Shown in pieces: positions 28,720 through 42,347 of a stretch of 64,000 nt of DNA. Below the pieces are notes generated by a model, which saw only the letters and a list, made by a program, of their open reading frames with translations, was not told where the DNA came from and ran no database searches. This DNA comes from Eledone cirrhosa (taxonomy: Eukaryota). Where the stretch lies: assembly GCA_964016885.1 (NCBI GenBank), contig OZ024740.1, positions 172,360,001-172,424,000 on the forward strand. The letters run 5' to 3'. How positions within the stretch are numbered: the first letter of the stretch is position 1; every line of letters begins with the position of its first letter. The translations under genes were made by a program, and so were the position numbers.

Positions 28720-30382
28720 TAAAGTAGTTTTTCACTGAAATAAAACTCACAGCTACACTTCCCGGTTTTACGCAACATGGTGCAAATACGAAACTAATTG
28801 CACATTTTCGGTCTTTCAACTTCGGTTACCGTTATTTTTTGTCGCTATTAATTTTGTCGTTTTTTCAGTGCCATGTATCTTATTCTGCTTTATGCCTTAT
28901 AGTGTGAGATATCATTTTATGATGGTAGGCATTTAGACATTTGGCTGCTATTTCTTGTGTGTAGCTGTCGTTGAAGCAATAATAGAATCTTGGAGAGAGT
29001 TTTCAGCGTGTTTGTAGGGTGCTGATTGTAGCGTGGTGTGGGGTGGCAGTCTGTCAGCCAATCAGTCAGACAGGTGATCAGACACTCAGAACTCCTTTAT
29101 TCTCTAGATGCGGTGCAAAATGTGGGGAATGTCTAGCAGCTACTCCATACAATATAGGTGTTTATATTTTAGAGCAGGGTACATTTATACCTTGCCCAGT
29201 GTCAGCAACTGTTCAAACCCGCGTAATTTTTGATTTAACGAAAAAAAAAAAAGCTCCAGACTTTCAGATAAAATCTTAGTTATGTAATAAATAAAAAGCG
29301 CTAATTCATGTAATGCAGGCATCATTGAAACCAAACTAGAAATAATTAGCAGTGGGAAGAAAAAGCAACATTGATCAACATGAAAGGGTATTAGAGATTG
29401 TAAAACACAGTGTTTGTTATGTGTTGTGGGTATTATCATGAGCAGGAAGGGTTAAAGTATTGCGTGTGTATTTTAATCATGAGTTTAGTGGCTGTATTTT
29501 TATATTGAAGGAGTTTGTATTGTGATCGTTCCACTGGAGGATATTTTCAAGGTCTTTGTTGCTAGAAATAGTCAATGTTTCGTATAAGTTGCCTAAACTG
29601 TATGTAAAAACCGGATATATACAAAAATCTTAAAGGCATATTGTGTGACGTGACAGCTTCTAGCATTAGAGATAAGCTCCCAGTAAGTTGAGTCAGCCAT
29701 CCGGTTGCAAGCAGTTGATATAAACTACTTTAAACTTAAACTGCGTCGCTTATTTCCGTTAGAAATACATGTGTGTTACACAGTCTCAACTCTCGTATCT
29801 TGTATGTTACCTATGTTTATGCAAGAACTCAATATTTTACTGTCGAGTAATAGTCCTACCGTTTGCGCATCAAGAACTACAGCTTCTCTAATGAATGGGG
29901 TTGGGGGTGAGGGAATATATATTTACAAAATAAACCAATTCTATAACAATGCCAACTCTCTCTCTTGTATGTAAATCAGAAAGAAAACAAAAAAAATGAA
30001 ACAGTTTTTGTTACACAAATAATCCAAACCTACATAAGAATTTAAGTAATTAATTCTATTAATAAGCGTCGGGTGTTTAGTGTAAAATATAACTTGAAAT
30101 TTGCATGCATTCGAGCCATGTCTCTGATTTGAGAATAACCCCCCCCCACACACACACACTTGTTTTAAGGGCCTGAAATGAGTCGTGGATACTATTACCT
30201 TTCCACCTAGGTAAGCAATAAAACAAAGGATTACTTCTTGATTGCTCGACTGTAAACCCTTAATATATCAAACGTATCTTCTGTATTCTGAAAAGAAGTT
30301 ACTCGTAGAATCGCGTGTAAAATAGAATCAAATGGCATATAATTAGGTAGAAAACGCAAACAAAAAATATATTTCAAGGAAT

Positions 30383-30454
30383 CGCTAGAATGACAGAACT
30401 AAATGCATTACTGTATCTAGATACAGTAATGCATTTAGTTCTGTCATTCTAGCG
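30383..30454. repeat. 72-bp perfect spacer-less palindrome
   Basis: cgctagaatgacagaactaaatgcattactgtatct|agatacagtaatgcatttagttctgtcattctagcg. Confidence 0.95.
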
Positions 30455-30661
30455 TTCCTCAACGTTTAAATTTCAAATCTTGATAGCGTCGACCTTGTAT
30501 TTCATCCCTCTGAAGTAATTAAAAAAAGTAATTGTCAAGTAACAGACTTGCTTTAGTATATATATATATATCAGAGTCAACGAGATATCGTTTAAGGTTA
30601 TCCAAGCAAAGTAATCTGTACCCTATTGTATCGCTTATCCGCGTTAATCATCATTCATTCG

Positions 30662-30711
<50 letters not shown>

Positions 30712-32049
30712 TTGTCTATATTGTATCTGTATTATTTTTGACCGCCGGTCAGTCAATGGCAACATTGAGGACCGAGTAAGTTAGATCGCAGATATATATA
30801 TATAAAAGACAGCGAGAAGCGAAAACCAACCAAACAGTGAGTGTGTTCTGTTATTAATTCTGGCAATATTACGCAAATATGACCCTCCCCAAATATAACA
30901 ATACACTATATATATATAAATATATATCTATATCTATATATCCATTGTTGTGTGTGATAGTAAGAAATCAACTTATTTTGAAGTAGAAACAATTGTTCAT
31001 TTAAACTGCTTCTTATTGGGTAACTACTCAAGTTTACATTTGAAATCAAGTACATAAAGTGCTAGATTAATGGCACTGTGTTTTTGTTTAGATCGTATAT
31101 CGCTAAATGCGGTGCCTACTTTCGTTGGCCAAGATACTTATTTCTCCTCCATTAAGGTCTTCTCCCGTAACTACCACGGTCTTTGTTTCTCAGAGTAGGC
31201 TGTTCTCATGTCATCTCGACTCAAGCACTCCTCACTTGTCTCTCCCTCCCTTATCATCATTTATGATCTGTCCAACCTCCAGGCTCTGCAATAACCATTG
31301 CATCCATTCTTTCCTCTTCCCAAAACGTTCGACCTCTGAAAGTCCCTATTTGCGTTTGCTTGTAACAGAACAAGCTGAAAATCAATGTCATTAGTGAGTC
31401 CGGTTTCAAAGGGTCTGTAAAGGCCTTAGCCACTGCCCTTTCTTTCAGACATATTGGGTGATAATTTATATTACACTAAATATTATAGTTACTTAGATAA
31501 AGCCGCATTTTATAACAGAATGTAGAATTCTAGGCCTCCAGTGTTCCTCTTCCTCTACAAAAATTGGCTTTGTATCTAAAAAAAAGAAATATATATTTCC
31601 AGTGGATGCCAATGAGTGTTTAATATTATGTAATTGAAGAGGGCGGTAGATTATTAGAATGGGTAGAATGTCGGATAAAATGCCCGGAGTTATTTACTTA
31701 CGTAGTTTCACGACCTAATTACCAATACCACTCGGAGGGATTTTGGCGATTATTCTATTGGGATTGCTAAAATAAGTAGCTCTTGTTGATGCTTATTGCC
31801 TCTGGTTACCTTTCATGGAGATGGCCTATGATCAAAGGCATTTCAACCGAGGTCATCAGGTAATTTTTGTTATATGTAGAGATTCCAGGACCACATTATC
31901 TAACGTAACCACTTAAAGAAAGATTTGGCTGCTATTTCTAACAGAACAAGTAGTCACGTAGAGGATCTCCCGCTTGTTCTCGTCTTCCACGATGGAGCTA
32001 GTCAACTGAACCTTCTCACTAAATTGTGTGACTATGTTACAAATCAATA

Positions 32050-32260
32050 TTGACAGTATCGGTAGAGCGTCGAGCACCCTGCCTCATAGCATAGAGTTAC
32101 GGCCCTTTGCGTTCTGAGTTCAAATCCCGTCGAGGTTAGCTTTGTTTTTCATCTTTACGGGATCGATAAAATAAAGTACCAGTCACGCACTGGGGTCAAT
32201 TTAACTGACTTCCTCCTCTCCTTCAAATTGCTGGCTTTGTGCCTAAAGTAGAAACCATTA
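32050..32260 (+). mobile_element. Dominant SINE, full length
   Basis: Head, core, tggggtcaatttaactgacttcc module and tail all present. Confidence 0.9.
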
Positions 32261-33296
32261 TATAATTGGATAGGTGGTTCGTTGGCAGAATTAGTAGAGC
32301 GTCGGATAAAATAACATTGTAGTATTTCTTCTGCATCTTTACATGGAGATTTGTTGTTTAAGTACAAGCAGGATGTATAAGAGAGGATGTAGCCAGTACA
32401 TTGGTTCTGGGCAACAAAGTAGTTTTGTTCTGCCTAGCAAGATTTCTTTTGGACGCTCTTGGTCTCCGATTGAGTAGATCTAAGATTAAAGATATTGAAG
32501 CTATGACCAACCGGTCTTTTTTTTTATATATCAGGGAATAAATTCTTCAATATGTGCTTCGCACATATTTTTCACGTAGTACCATGCATTGGAGAATAAT
32601 TTAACTATACATTTTAACAGGCTCGTAAACTCAGTGTAACAAGCGATGTAGTTGAGGATCCTTTACTATTAATAGGTAAACTGGAAAATTAGCGTCTAGG
32701 TTTCAAAGCTAGAAGAAACAGGCCAAAATTAAAATATAGCATGATTGCTATAAAGCGTTTACTACGACTATACAGTAAACGTGAAACAACCCAAATGAAT
32801 AATTAATTCGGCATTAAGTATGTATTAACTACATCATAAAGGACAAGATGATAAATTGGTAGAGTAGTTAGAACATCGGGTACATTGTCTTGCTGTATTG
32901 GTTGCGCTATGAATTCCGAAGCCATCGATGTTTTCATCCTTCCTTGTAACATCGATAAATAAAGTACCAGTCCAGAGTGGTGAAGTGGCAGAATTGTATG
33001 AATTGTATGAGTGATTCCTTGCAGTTCTTTGCTTCTGATGGCAACACTTGCATTGACACTGGCGCCAACTTGTGCCAGTAATTTCATTGGCCAACATCGG
33101 TAGCATGCAGAGAAGTCTTGTATGCAGAGGTAACCATTGATCTTCCATTAAAAAACAAACAAAACAAAACAATACAAACCTTAGCCAAGCGTACGCCTAA
33201 GAGAGAAACTATGCAAGTGAAGATTCACAGTACCACGTGAAATAGAAAGGATCCCCTGATGAATAAATAGTAATCTAGATGGTTTCTTCTTGTATG

Positions 33297-33347
<51 letters not shown>

Positions 33348-33358
<11 letters not shown>

Positions 33359-33983
33359 GTGAAGAAAGAAGAATAGTGCGTGGTTGCACATAGGTTACAT
33401 ATGATAAAAATAGTCCTTCGTCAGTGATTTTCCAACCATCATTGGTATTTCATCGCATTAAAAATCATATACCTCAGGTTGGTGCGAGCAATAACTAAAA
33501 AAAGTTATTGGGACCAGTAATTCGCGTAAAGCGAGGGGGACAAGTAAACAACATAGAAGGATAAAAGCAAACCAAAGATAGGAAAATAAACAAGCAACAT
33601 GGCTGTCCGGTCAGCATAAGCTGGGTGGATTTCATGAGCGGAAGAGGTACAGACCGTCCGATGTGAGTGAGATGTAAGCAAGAAGAGACCCACTACAAGC
33701 CAAACGGGAAGAAGTGAGAAGGGGAGAAACAGAGAGTGAGTGAGTGGAAGTGTGAGGAAGAGGTCAGTCGAGAGAAACTGTAACTGACAGAGGGGGCGAA
33801 AGAAGGTGAGAGAAACAGAGAGAGAGCGGGGAAGCAGTAAGAGAGAAACAGACAAACGCAGCCGGGGTAAATATATATAAAAAACATGAGAAGAAAGAAG
33901 AATACTGCGTGGTTGCACATGGGTTACATATGATAAAAATAGTCCATCGTCAGTGATTTTCCAACCATCATTGGTATTTCATA
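33348..33983. mobile_element. 529-bp unit with about 105-bp terminal direct repeat, inserted in (TA)n
   Basis: aaaacatg.gaagaaagaagaata...ggtatttcat occurs near 33352 and 33881. Part is homologous (inverted) to 53658-53725. No intact hammerhead found. Confidence 0.6.
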
Positions 33984-33997
33984 TATATATATCTATA

Positions 33998-34057
<60 letters not shown>

Positions 34058-34063
<6 letters not shown>

Positions 34064-37000
34064 GGGTATGACATTAAACTACATCCAGTGGCAAGGCTCC
34101 AGTTCGGGAGTTCAGGAGATGTGGGGAATGTGGAGTTACCCCTTAGTTGTCATGACTCCCAGGTCTGCCCTGGTCCGGGGTGGTAGTACCTGTTAGGGCT
34201 CCATTTATGGGTTAAATAACTACCTTATTCGAGTGGCGCCGGTAAGGTATTGTCAGCCATTGAAAAGAAATATGGAGAGTCGATCTAACAGCACTAGGGT
34301 TAGAGCCCCTAATTACACTGTCAAGGAGCAGCCTGGTCGTTATGACTCTGCTGGCTTAGAGCCACAGAGAGGGCCAGTGGATGATGGATAAGCTGTCTCT
34401 GAGACAAATATAAAGAATGCAGTTTTGTCCTGCAGAAGAGCCATCAAAATGGGCACTTTGAATGTGAGGACTATTCGAACGCTGGAGAAGAGAGAGGAGT
34501 TGGGACATCTGTTCGAGGAGAGTGGTATACAGATACTTGCGATCCAAGAACACAGGATTCTACACGATGAGCCCGTGAGGAGTGTGATGATCGGGAGGAA
34601 GAGCCAGCTCATCACTACATCGGCAGTGAAGAACACAACAAATGCTGCAGTGGGAGGAGTGGGTTTTGTGTTCAGTGCAAAAACCAATCTGTTGGTGAGG
34701 AAAATAATGCCTATCTCCCCGCGAGTGTTGAGGGTGACCTTCAATGGAAACCCAAGACTGACAGTCATCTCAGCCTATAGTCCAACCGAGGGGGACAGTG
34801 ATGTGAATGCCGAGGAGTTCCATGAGGAGGTGTGTAGAGCTGTCAACACCACTCAGGCACACAATATCCTGCTTGTTTTGGGGGACTTCAATGCACATCT
34901 GAGTAGGAGGGCAGTGAAGATCCTTGCTGGTACTTCCATAACAACACCAACCGAAATGGAAGACTACTGAGAGACACCCTGCTGGAGGCGAACTTGATGG
35001 CGACCAACCTAAGGTTTAGGAAGAATCTGGGGAAGATGTGGACCTACATCTCAGATATGCACCTGTCCAAGTCCCAGATTTATTTCATTCTGGTGAGGAA
35101 AAAGTGGCGGAATAGTGTTCTGAACACGGAACCATACAGCTATTTCAGTACACTGGGTAGTGACCACCGGCTTGTTATGAGTGAGGTCCGCGTGAGCTTA
35201 AGAAAGAGCAAGGCTCAGCCCCGGAGAACAATCTATGACTGGGGAGCTTTCAAGGAAGATGATAAGCTACAGGAGAGGTTCACAGTGGAAGTGAGAAACA
35301 GGTTTAGTGCTCTGTGTGGAGAGTCAGAGGAGAGAGAGATTGGATGAACTGAGGAGAGTGTGACGAGGAGGTACGGGCACTTCACCAATGCAGTGGCGAA
35401 AGCAAGTGAAACCCTGGTGCCGAGGAAAAAGAACAAAGGGAAGCACGTCAGCTCTGCAAACCCAAAAGTGTGTGCAGCCAGAGAACACCTGAAAGCTGCC
35501 AGGGACCAATTATATGCTGATCCTACGGAGGAGAGGATGGAGACTATGGAGGTGATGAGGGAAGAGCTCTGTACCGCTTACACTGAGGTCAGAGAGGAGG
35601 CACTGATAGAGAAGATCAGAAGTGTGGAGAGAGCGGTTGACAGATCTGGATGTAAGGAGAGCTGGATGATCATCAACGAGATCACAGGGAGGAAGAAAAG
35701 GTGTTCGAGTCAGATCCAGGGAACGGGGCCCGAGGATAGGAAGAGGAAATGGCTAGACCATTTTAGGACCCTACTAGGAGAGCCACCCTCCACAGCCCAG
35801 AGCACTGGGGAGATCAGGCGGCTGTTTGAGGAACTGGATGTTGAGACAGAGCCCTTCACCAGAGAGGAGCTTCAGAGAGCCAAGAAGAAGATCAAGGAGG
35901 GCAAGGCTCATGGAGAAGATGGAGTGGCATCAGAGGTGATGAAGAGGTGTGATTTTGATGATATCATCCTGGGGTTCTGTAACGGGGCACTGGAGAAAGG
36001 AGTTGCCCCGAATCAGTGGAGGATCAGTAACATCGTCCCAGTGCCAAAGAAGGGAGATCTCTCTAACACCAACAACTACCGGGGGATCTCACTGACGTCA
36101 CTTGTGGCAAAGACCCTCAACAGGATGATTCTTAACAGGATCCAGCCTGAGATGGAGAGGGAGCTCAGGGACAACCAGAACGGCTTCAGAGAGGGTAGAT
36201 TAACCACCAGTCACATCCTGATGCTGAGGAGGATATTAGAGGGAGCTAGAGCAAAGTGCCTTCCTGCGGTCATGGTTTTCATTGACTTTAGGAAGGCCTT
36301 TGATTCTGTGGACCGTTACTGCCTGATGAAGATCTTACAGGCTTATGGAATCCCCAAGAGGATAGTGGACCTGATATCACTGCTCTACACCAACACCAAA
36401 GCCCAAGTCATTACACCTGATGGGATGACAGAGTTCTTTGAGATACTGGCTGGAGTGCTCCAGGGAGATACATTGGCTCCCTACCTTTTTATCATCGTAG
36501 TGGACTATTGTATGCGCCTTGCACTGGAGAAACACAGGACTCTGGCTTTACTGTAGCACCGGCTCAGAGCAGGAGAGTTGGGGCGAAAAAGGTATCGGAT
36601 GCTGAATTTGCCGACGACATAGTTTTGGTGACAAATACAGTGAAGGGGGCAGAGGATTTGATGCGGGAGGTTGAGACTGTGTCGATGAGTGTGGGGCTGA
36701 GAATGAATGAGACTAAAACAAAATATCTGGTAGAGAATGTTGAGAAGCCAGAGGGGATCACTAATGTAGGCGGGAAGCCGCTGGAATTGGTTGAGGACTT
36801 CCTGTATTTGGGAGCAAAGATTGGGAATACGGAGGATGATGTGGTTGAGAGGAAGAGCAAGGCCTGGGCGGCGTGCCACAGCTTGAGATCGGTGTGGAAG
36901 TCGGACCTTCGTAGAGACCTGAAAGTCCGCCTCTTCATTGCTGTAGTGGAGTCTGTGCTGCTGTATGGGTCTGAGACTTGGACACTGACCAAGAAACTCA

Positions 37001-37363
37001 CTCAGATGGTGGATGGGTGCTACACGAGAATGCTGAGGATGGCTCTGAACATTAATCAGTATACACTGAGGATGAAAAACTCAGAGCTGTATGGGAGCAT
37101 CCCAAAAGTCAGCTCAAAAGTGACACAGAGGAGACTGAGGTTGGCTGGACATGCTCACCGACATCCAGAGTTGACATTGCACTCAGTGCTCCTTTGGGAG
37201 CCCCTACATGGACACACTAGAAGATGAAGACCAAGGTTAACATATGTTGATGTCCTAAGGACAGACACTGGTCTGTTGGAGATGCAGGATATGGCAGCGA
37301 TAATGAGGGACAGAGACCGCTGGAGAGAACTCGTCCATGGATCTCGGGAATTTTACCCGCCTT

Positions 37364-37365
<2 letters not shown>
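34058..37365 (+). mobile_element. Near-full-length RTE-group LINE (AP endonuclease + RT), disrupted
   Basis: APE motifs GTLNVRT, AIQEHR, SAYSPT, GDFNAH, SDHR. RT motifs PKKGD, YRGISL, QNGFR, FIDFRKAFDSV, GVLQGDTLAPYLF, FADD, FLYLG. Split by frameshifts and stops; flanked by (TA)n. Confidence 0.92.
34425..37365 (+). pseudogene. LINE APE-RT ORF, broken near 34920, 35345, 36540 and 37225
   Basis: ORF-track pieces 34425-34970, 34994-35347, 35360-36556 and 36508-37227 are colinear parts of one polyprotein. Confidence 0.85.
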
Positions 37366-37397
<32 letters not shown>

Positions 37398-37400
37398 TTA

Positions 37401-37568
37401 TGTAAAAGGTAAACAGAAATAGCAACACAGTCGGTAGAGTATATGGAAGGAGTATATTAGGTTAACGCTAGAAATAGCAGGAAGAGGGTCCTAACGTTTC
37501 GGACGCTAGTCCTTCATCAGAAGAAAGAATGAGAAATTAGAAAGATTGAAGGGACAGGTGGGGTGGAA

Positions 37569-37570
<2 letters not shown>
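37401..37570 (-). mobile_element. PLE-type pseudo-LTR fragment with minimal hammerhead (37489-37524); second copy starts at 53365
   Basis: Minus strand: tctt-CTGATGA-aggac-tagc-gtcc-GAAACGTT-agga, with palindromic helix III ACGT. Confidence 0.7.
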
Positions 37571-37609
<39 letters not shown>

Positions 37610-37613
<4 letters not shown>

Positions 37614-38248
37614 GTAAATATGTATGTATGTATACGTACATACATATATGTATACAGACGTACAGTAGTATGTATATATATATACATACATGCACACATA
37701 TATATATATGCACGTATCGGTTTACCGAACATTTATTATAATGCTCGGTTTGTTTGTAAACAAACAAACAGCCCGAATTACGCCGTACAGTGTTTAGGCA
37801 ACCACGTCACCTTTTTGTTCAACACTGACACAGGAACGATGCACTAGTTTCAAGCTTATTAGCTATCGTCAGCATCGTATACCTTCCTGCCAGATGGTTG
37901 AACGTCTGAAAGTATATACTTTCCTTATGAATATTAACGGCTGAGCAGCCTAATTTGCATATCGAGTGAGTTTAGTCGGCCGGGCGCACCGAAAACGATA
38001 AATGGAATAGAATGAAACGAAATCCTGTGTCAGTGTTGAACAAAAAGGTGACGTGGTTGCCTAAACACTGTACGGCGTAATTCGGGCTGTTTATTTGTTT
38101 ACAAACAAACCGAGCATTATAATAAATGTTCGGTAAACCGATACGTGCATATATATATATGTGCATGTATGTATATATATACTACTTACATTTAAGTAAC
38201 TGCCGTACTAAGAGTGAGAAATGAAATTTCGTTTCATTCTATTCCATA
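37610..38248. mobile_element. Second insertion of the 425-bp retrozyme-like family, with internal inversion near 38023
   Basis: Homologous to 19181-19730. Hammerhead at 37836-37878 (-) has a perfect helix I (acgatg/catcgt) but a GUG triplet. The right arm is the reverse complement of the unit. Confidence 0.8.
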
Positions 38249-39043
38249 TATATATAGTATTAAGGATACTATTTATGGTTATGTATATACTAAAACTTTT
38301 TATAGTTATATATATTTTAAACCCTAAACAGTGAAAGACAGTAATTTATTACTACCTTATTACCAGTAAGATAAATAGCTCAATGTAATAACATCAGTTG
38401 TTCTACAGAGCAGTTATATAGAATTCACAGGAATCAAAGTTATGTTCAAACCATTTATTAGCTTACAATTGTTTCATCCAAACCGAGGCTTGGCGTCTTC
38501 GGAGAATTTTTCAATGTTTGTATACATACATGACCTCCTTTCCAACGCAAGAGACATACAGATACATATGTCTATATTGATGGCAATTTGTGGAAGGAAG
38601 GGTAGCTGAACCTGCCAGTAGAAGAAAGAGGGAGAGGGAGTGGAGGAAACCCAGTCGTGCGTTGATAGTGCCAACTACAGCAGGATCCTAAGGGCAGGAG
38701 GTCAAGCAAGTATACTAGGGAGGGGGAGGGGGAGGAAGTCGAAACAATAAGTAAATCAATATGGTGTAAATATATAGAAGAATACCAAGAATGTTAAAAA
38801 TATAAAAAACAATTTCTGGTTACTATTCTCTAAGCACAATCATCAAGTCTCTCACTGTTACTGCTAAACTATAGAAAAGTTTACTAGGTGGGCGGAATTG
38901 TAGTGAGAAAATGTTATGAGTTAGTAGTAATCAACCGAGTATACCTTACAGTGACAGGTCAACAAGTAGGGGTCAAAATACTAAAGAAACTACCACGAAA
39001 TAATAATTCAGAGTCCCGAAGCTCAAGTTCTTTCACCCGCACC

Positions 39044-41123
39044 ATGCGAAAACAAAACATCGACTTCTCCACCAAGAACATCCCAGTTCCACCGAAAAAA
39101 CTTTACCTTCGGATGCTCACGCAAAACTCGACCTCTTTGCGAAAAGACTTAGTTAGATGGAGTACTTTTTTCTACGACAGATATTGCGACAATCAGGAAT
39201 TCGGTACCAAGGAGAGATTCGAATTTAATACCTACAAATCTCCCCATCCGAACCCTATGCTCTCACCCTTCGAGAATGACCTTTTCCAACTGGTCAAAAA
39301 CATTAAATTCAAACCCAGACACAACCGATTCCTACAAAAACTCCGTAGTAACTTAACAGAGTATGATAACACCAATGACATCATGGTGCACTCGGATAAA
39401 ACTGGTAACCTCTACTTAATCAACTACGACAGATACCACACACTGATCAGGAGCAGCCTAAACTCCACCTATAAAAAGGCTAACCACTCATGCATCGAGG
39501 ACATAAATCGAGATGGACAACAAATTACCTCCAGCCCGGGGTCGCCGACCGCACGGACACCCTAGACCCACGGACACCCTACTTCACACTGAAGGACCAC
39601 AAATCCGATTTCGACCGTAAACCATCTATCAGGCTTATAAACCCAACGAAGTCCGACATAGGGAGAGTCAGTAAAAAAAATCCTAGACCGCGTTATACCA
39701 AAAGTTAAGCAAAACGCCAGACGTAGCCTATGGGTCAACACCCAGGAAGTAATCGCATGGTTCAGCAATATGGAGGACAAACGAGATACAAAATTCATCC
39801 AGTTTGACATAGAGAGTTACTATGCTTCAATTACCTTACCGCTACTTACGGCTGCCTTGGACTTTGCCGAGACACTTGCCAGGAAAGAAACATCATCCTC
39901 CACGCCAGGAAGTCCTACTTTTCCTACTTTTCGACAACTCCAAATGAATAAAGAGAGCTCCCGACTCACCCTTCGACGTCAGCATGGGCGCGACGGATTC
40001 GGCTGAGGTCACAGATCTTATAGGATATTTCCTACTAGTTAAACTCACCGATATGTTTCCTGCATTCGGCAGTGGATTGTACCGTGATGATGGGCTCCTT
40101 ACCCTTAAAGGGTACAACCCCAATAGTACAGACCGGGTCCGTAAACATTTAATCAGCTTCTTCCGCGACTGGGGGTTTAAAATAACCCTACAAACGTCCC
40201 TGACCCGAGTAAACTTCCTGGACGTTACCCTTGACCTCGATAATGATCTGTACTACCCATACAGGAAACCCAACGACAACCTGCACTACATCCACCGCCG
40301 GTCAAACCATCCTAGGAACATCACCAATAACCTGGTTAAAAACATCTCCCTCCGCATATCTCGGTTGTCCGCTAATGAGCAGATATTCGAGGAACATGCG
40401 CCTTATTACAACCAGGCCCTCAAGCGGAGTGGCTTCCGGGAGGAAATATCCAACTGTCCAGCTTCCATTAGCGGAACCAGCAGGCGACACCGCCGCTCAC
40501 GCAATGTAACATGCTCCAATCCTTCCCACAACGCCGAGGTGACAACTCCTATCGGGAAAATCTTCTTTAGGCTCATGGAAAAACACTTCCCACTACAACA
40601 CCGCTACCACAACATAATCAACAAAAATACCATCAAACTCTCCTACAGCACCACACCTAACTTTGCACAAAACATCGTCTCCTCTAACAACAAAAAACTC
40701 AACCCCTATGGAAGAAATAACCTAAATAGCAGTGGAGAGCCGACCAGGAGGTGCAACTGTCCTGATGGATCCATTTGCCTCCTCGACAACAGATGCAGAG
40801 ATCGTAATGTGATCTACCAGTGCAACGTGAGGACGGACACCTCCAACAAAGCTTATATAGGATTAACCGCATGTGACTTCAAGACCCGGCTATACCAACA
40901 CAGATATACTTTCCGAAACCCGGCCCGGCGTCACGCCACCACACTTTCGGGCCACATCTGGGACCTCAAAGATAACAATATTACCTATGATCTCACTTGG
41001 AGCTTACTGTTTAGAGCCAACTCTTACACGGGAGGACGCCGTCCGTGCAATTTATGCTCGGAGGAAACTTTACAAATGTTGTTTTCGACGGACCAACTCC
41101 TAAACAAGAAAACGAACTGGTAA
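39044..41123 (+). pseudogene. PLE RT/GIY-YIG ORF with several frameshifts
   Basis: Colinear ORF pieces 38888-39565, 39490-39708, 39770-40006 and 39984-41123. Confidence 0.85.
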
Positions 41124-41851
41124 CTGCATGCAAACACAGATTGCGTAGGACTTACCTCGCCCTCAAACCCCATAATGATCCGGGGGGGGGGGTAGACAAG
41201 GGCTGTAACACCCCACTTGCCGACTTTGTAATGGGTTACCCCTGCTTGCAAAGGTAGACGTAAGATCTTTTATATCTTTTTATCGTTTCCTCTATATTTC
41301 CTTCTTCCCCCCATCCCTTCCTAGTCCTTCCACTCCAGTCCTCCTTCTTTGTCGTCGTCCTTTTCACTTCTCGCCCACCCCGAGGCAGCCCCTCGGTCCT
41401 TTGTAGCCTCAGTACCCCCACCCCCATCCTCTACGATAGAATTGGCCGACTCCGCTTTTTATAGCAGATGTGATAGACCCCAGATACTTGCTTTCTTATC
41501 CGATGGCTGCCCCATTTCCGTGCTTTCTACATTTCTTAGTGGTATCTCTGCTTTAGTTTCTCGTATAAAAGTATTTATTTTTTGGGTGGGTGGAGTGGTG
41601 GGGGATTCTGAATTAATTTTCCGTATCAAATTTTTCATATATATCGTAGCGGCACCCTTAGAGATAGTATTAGTATTCATTTTCGGGATTCTGAATTATT
41701 ATTTCGTATTAGTTTATGTTTTGCACTGGGTAATTGCTGGGCTTGTGCCTAAAGTAGAAACAATTATTTCGTATTAGTTTCGGGACTCTGAATTATTATT
41801 TCGTGGTAGTTTCTTTAGTATTTTGGCACCCATACATAATTGATCAATTTA

Positions 41852-41921
41852 TGTATTTTAACTGATGAGGACGTACTTAAAAAACAGCACAGTACCTCCG
41901 AAATATATATAATAAAATATA
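41852..41921 (+). ncRNA. Type I hammerhead in the PLE 3' region
   Basis: tgtattttaa-CTGATGA-ggacgtact-loop-agtacctcc-GAAA-tatata-TA-ataaaatata. Palindromic helix III ATATATAT; helix I has an A.A at its closing pair. Confidence 0.7.
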
Positions 41922-42266
41922 TTTTGATTACGTGAATGTCTACATTTATTAATATTTTGAATTAATATTAATAACTCCAGAAACCGCTGTTGAGTGCTTC
42001 TAATCTATTCTGAAACTATATTCAATGATTAATCAATGGACCTTGTTTAACTTTTGGTTATATATATATATATATATATATATAGAAGTGGATGGATACC
42101 TCAACAGGTACAATGTACTTGTAGAAATATTCAAGTTGTTTATAATACATGTGGTTCAATGGCACTAATTCGAGATACCAGAACAATATAAAAGAAGCGA
42201 AGTAAGCGGTTATTAAACAATTTTCTAAATAAATTAAAAAATGATTAAATAATCACCTGTTCAGAC

Positions 42267-42347
42267 GCTGTTACCGACGGTTTCATCATTCCGAAAGATT
42301 GAAAATCCAACGAATTTCCAATGGAAAGAAATGAATCTTCAGACAGC
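42267..42347 (-). ncRNA. Type I hammerhead with branched helix II (inverted copy)
   Basis: Reverse complement of 42711-42791. Confidence 0.75.

Larger units (their letters stand above)
38880..42060 (+). mobile_element. Penelope-like retroelement (RT + GIY-YIG endonuclease), disrupted
   Basis: FSTKNIP, SDKTGNLY, TLKDHK, FDIESYY, MGATDSAEV, YRDDGL, NFLDV, YRKPN and GIY-YIG NVIYQC...YIGLT...FKTRLYQH...CNLC. Hammerhead in the 3' region; ends in (TA)n. The 5' boundary is approximate. Confidence 0.9.

Noticed and set aside
29440-29456. piggyBac-like terminus (gggttaa)
   Set aside because: No matching opposite end or transposase found.
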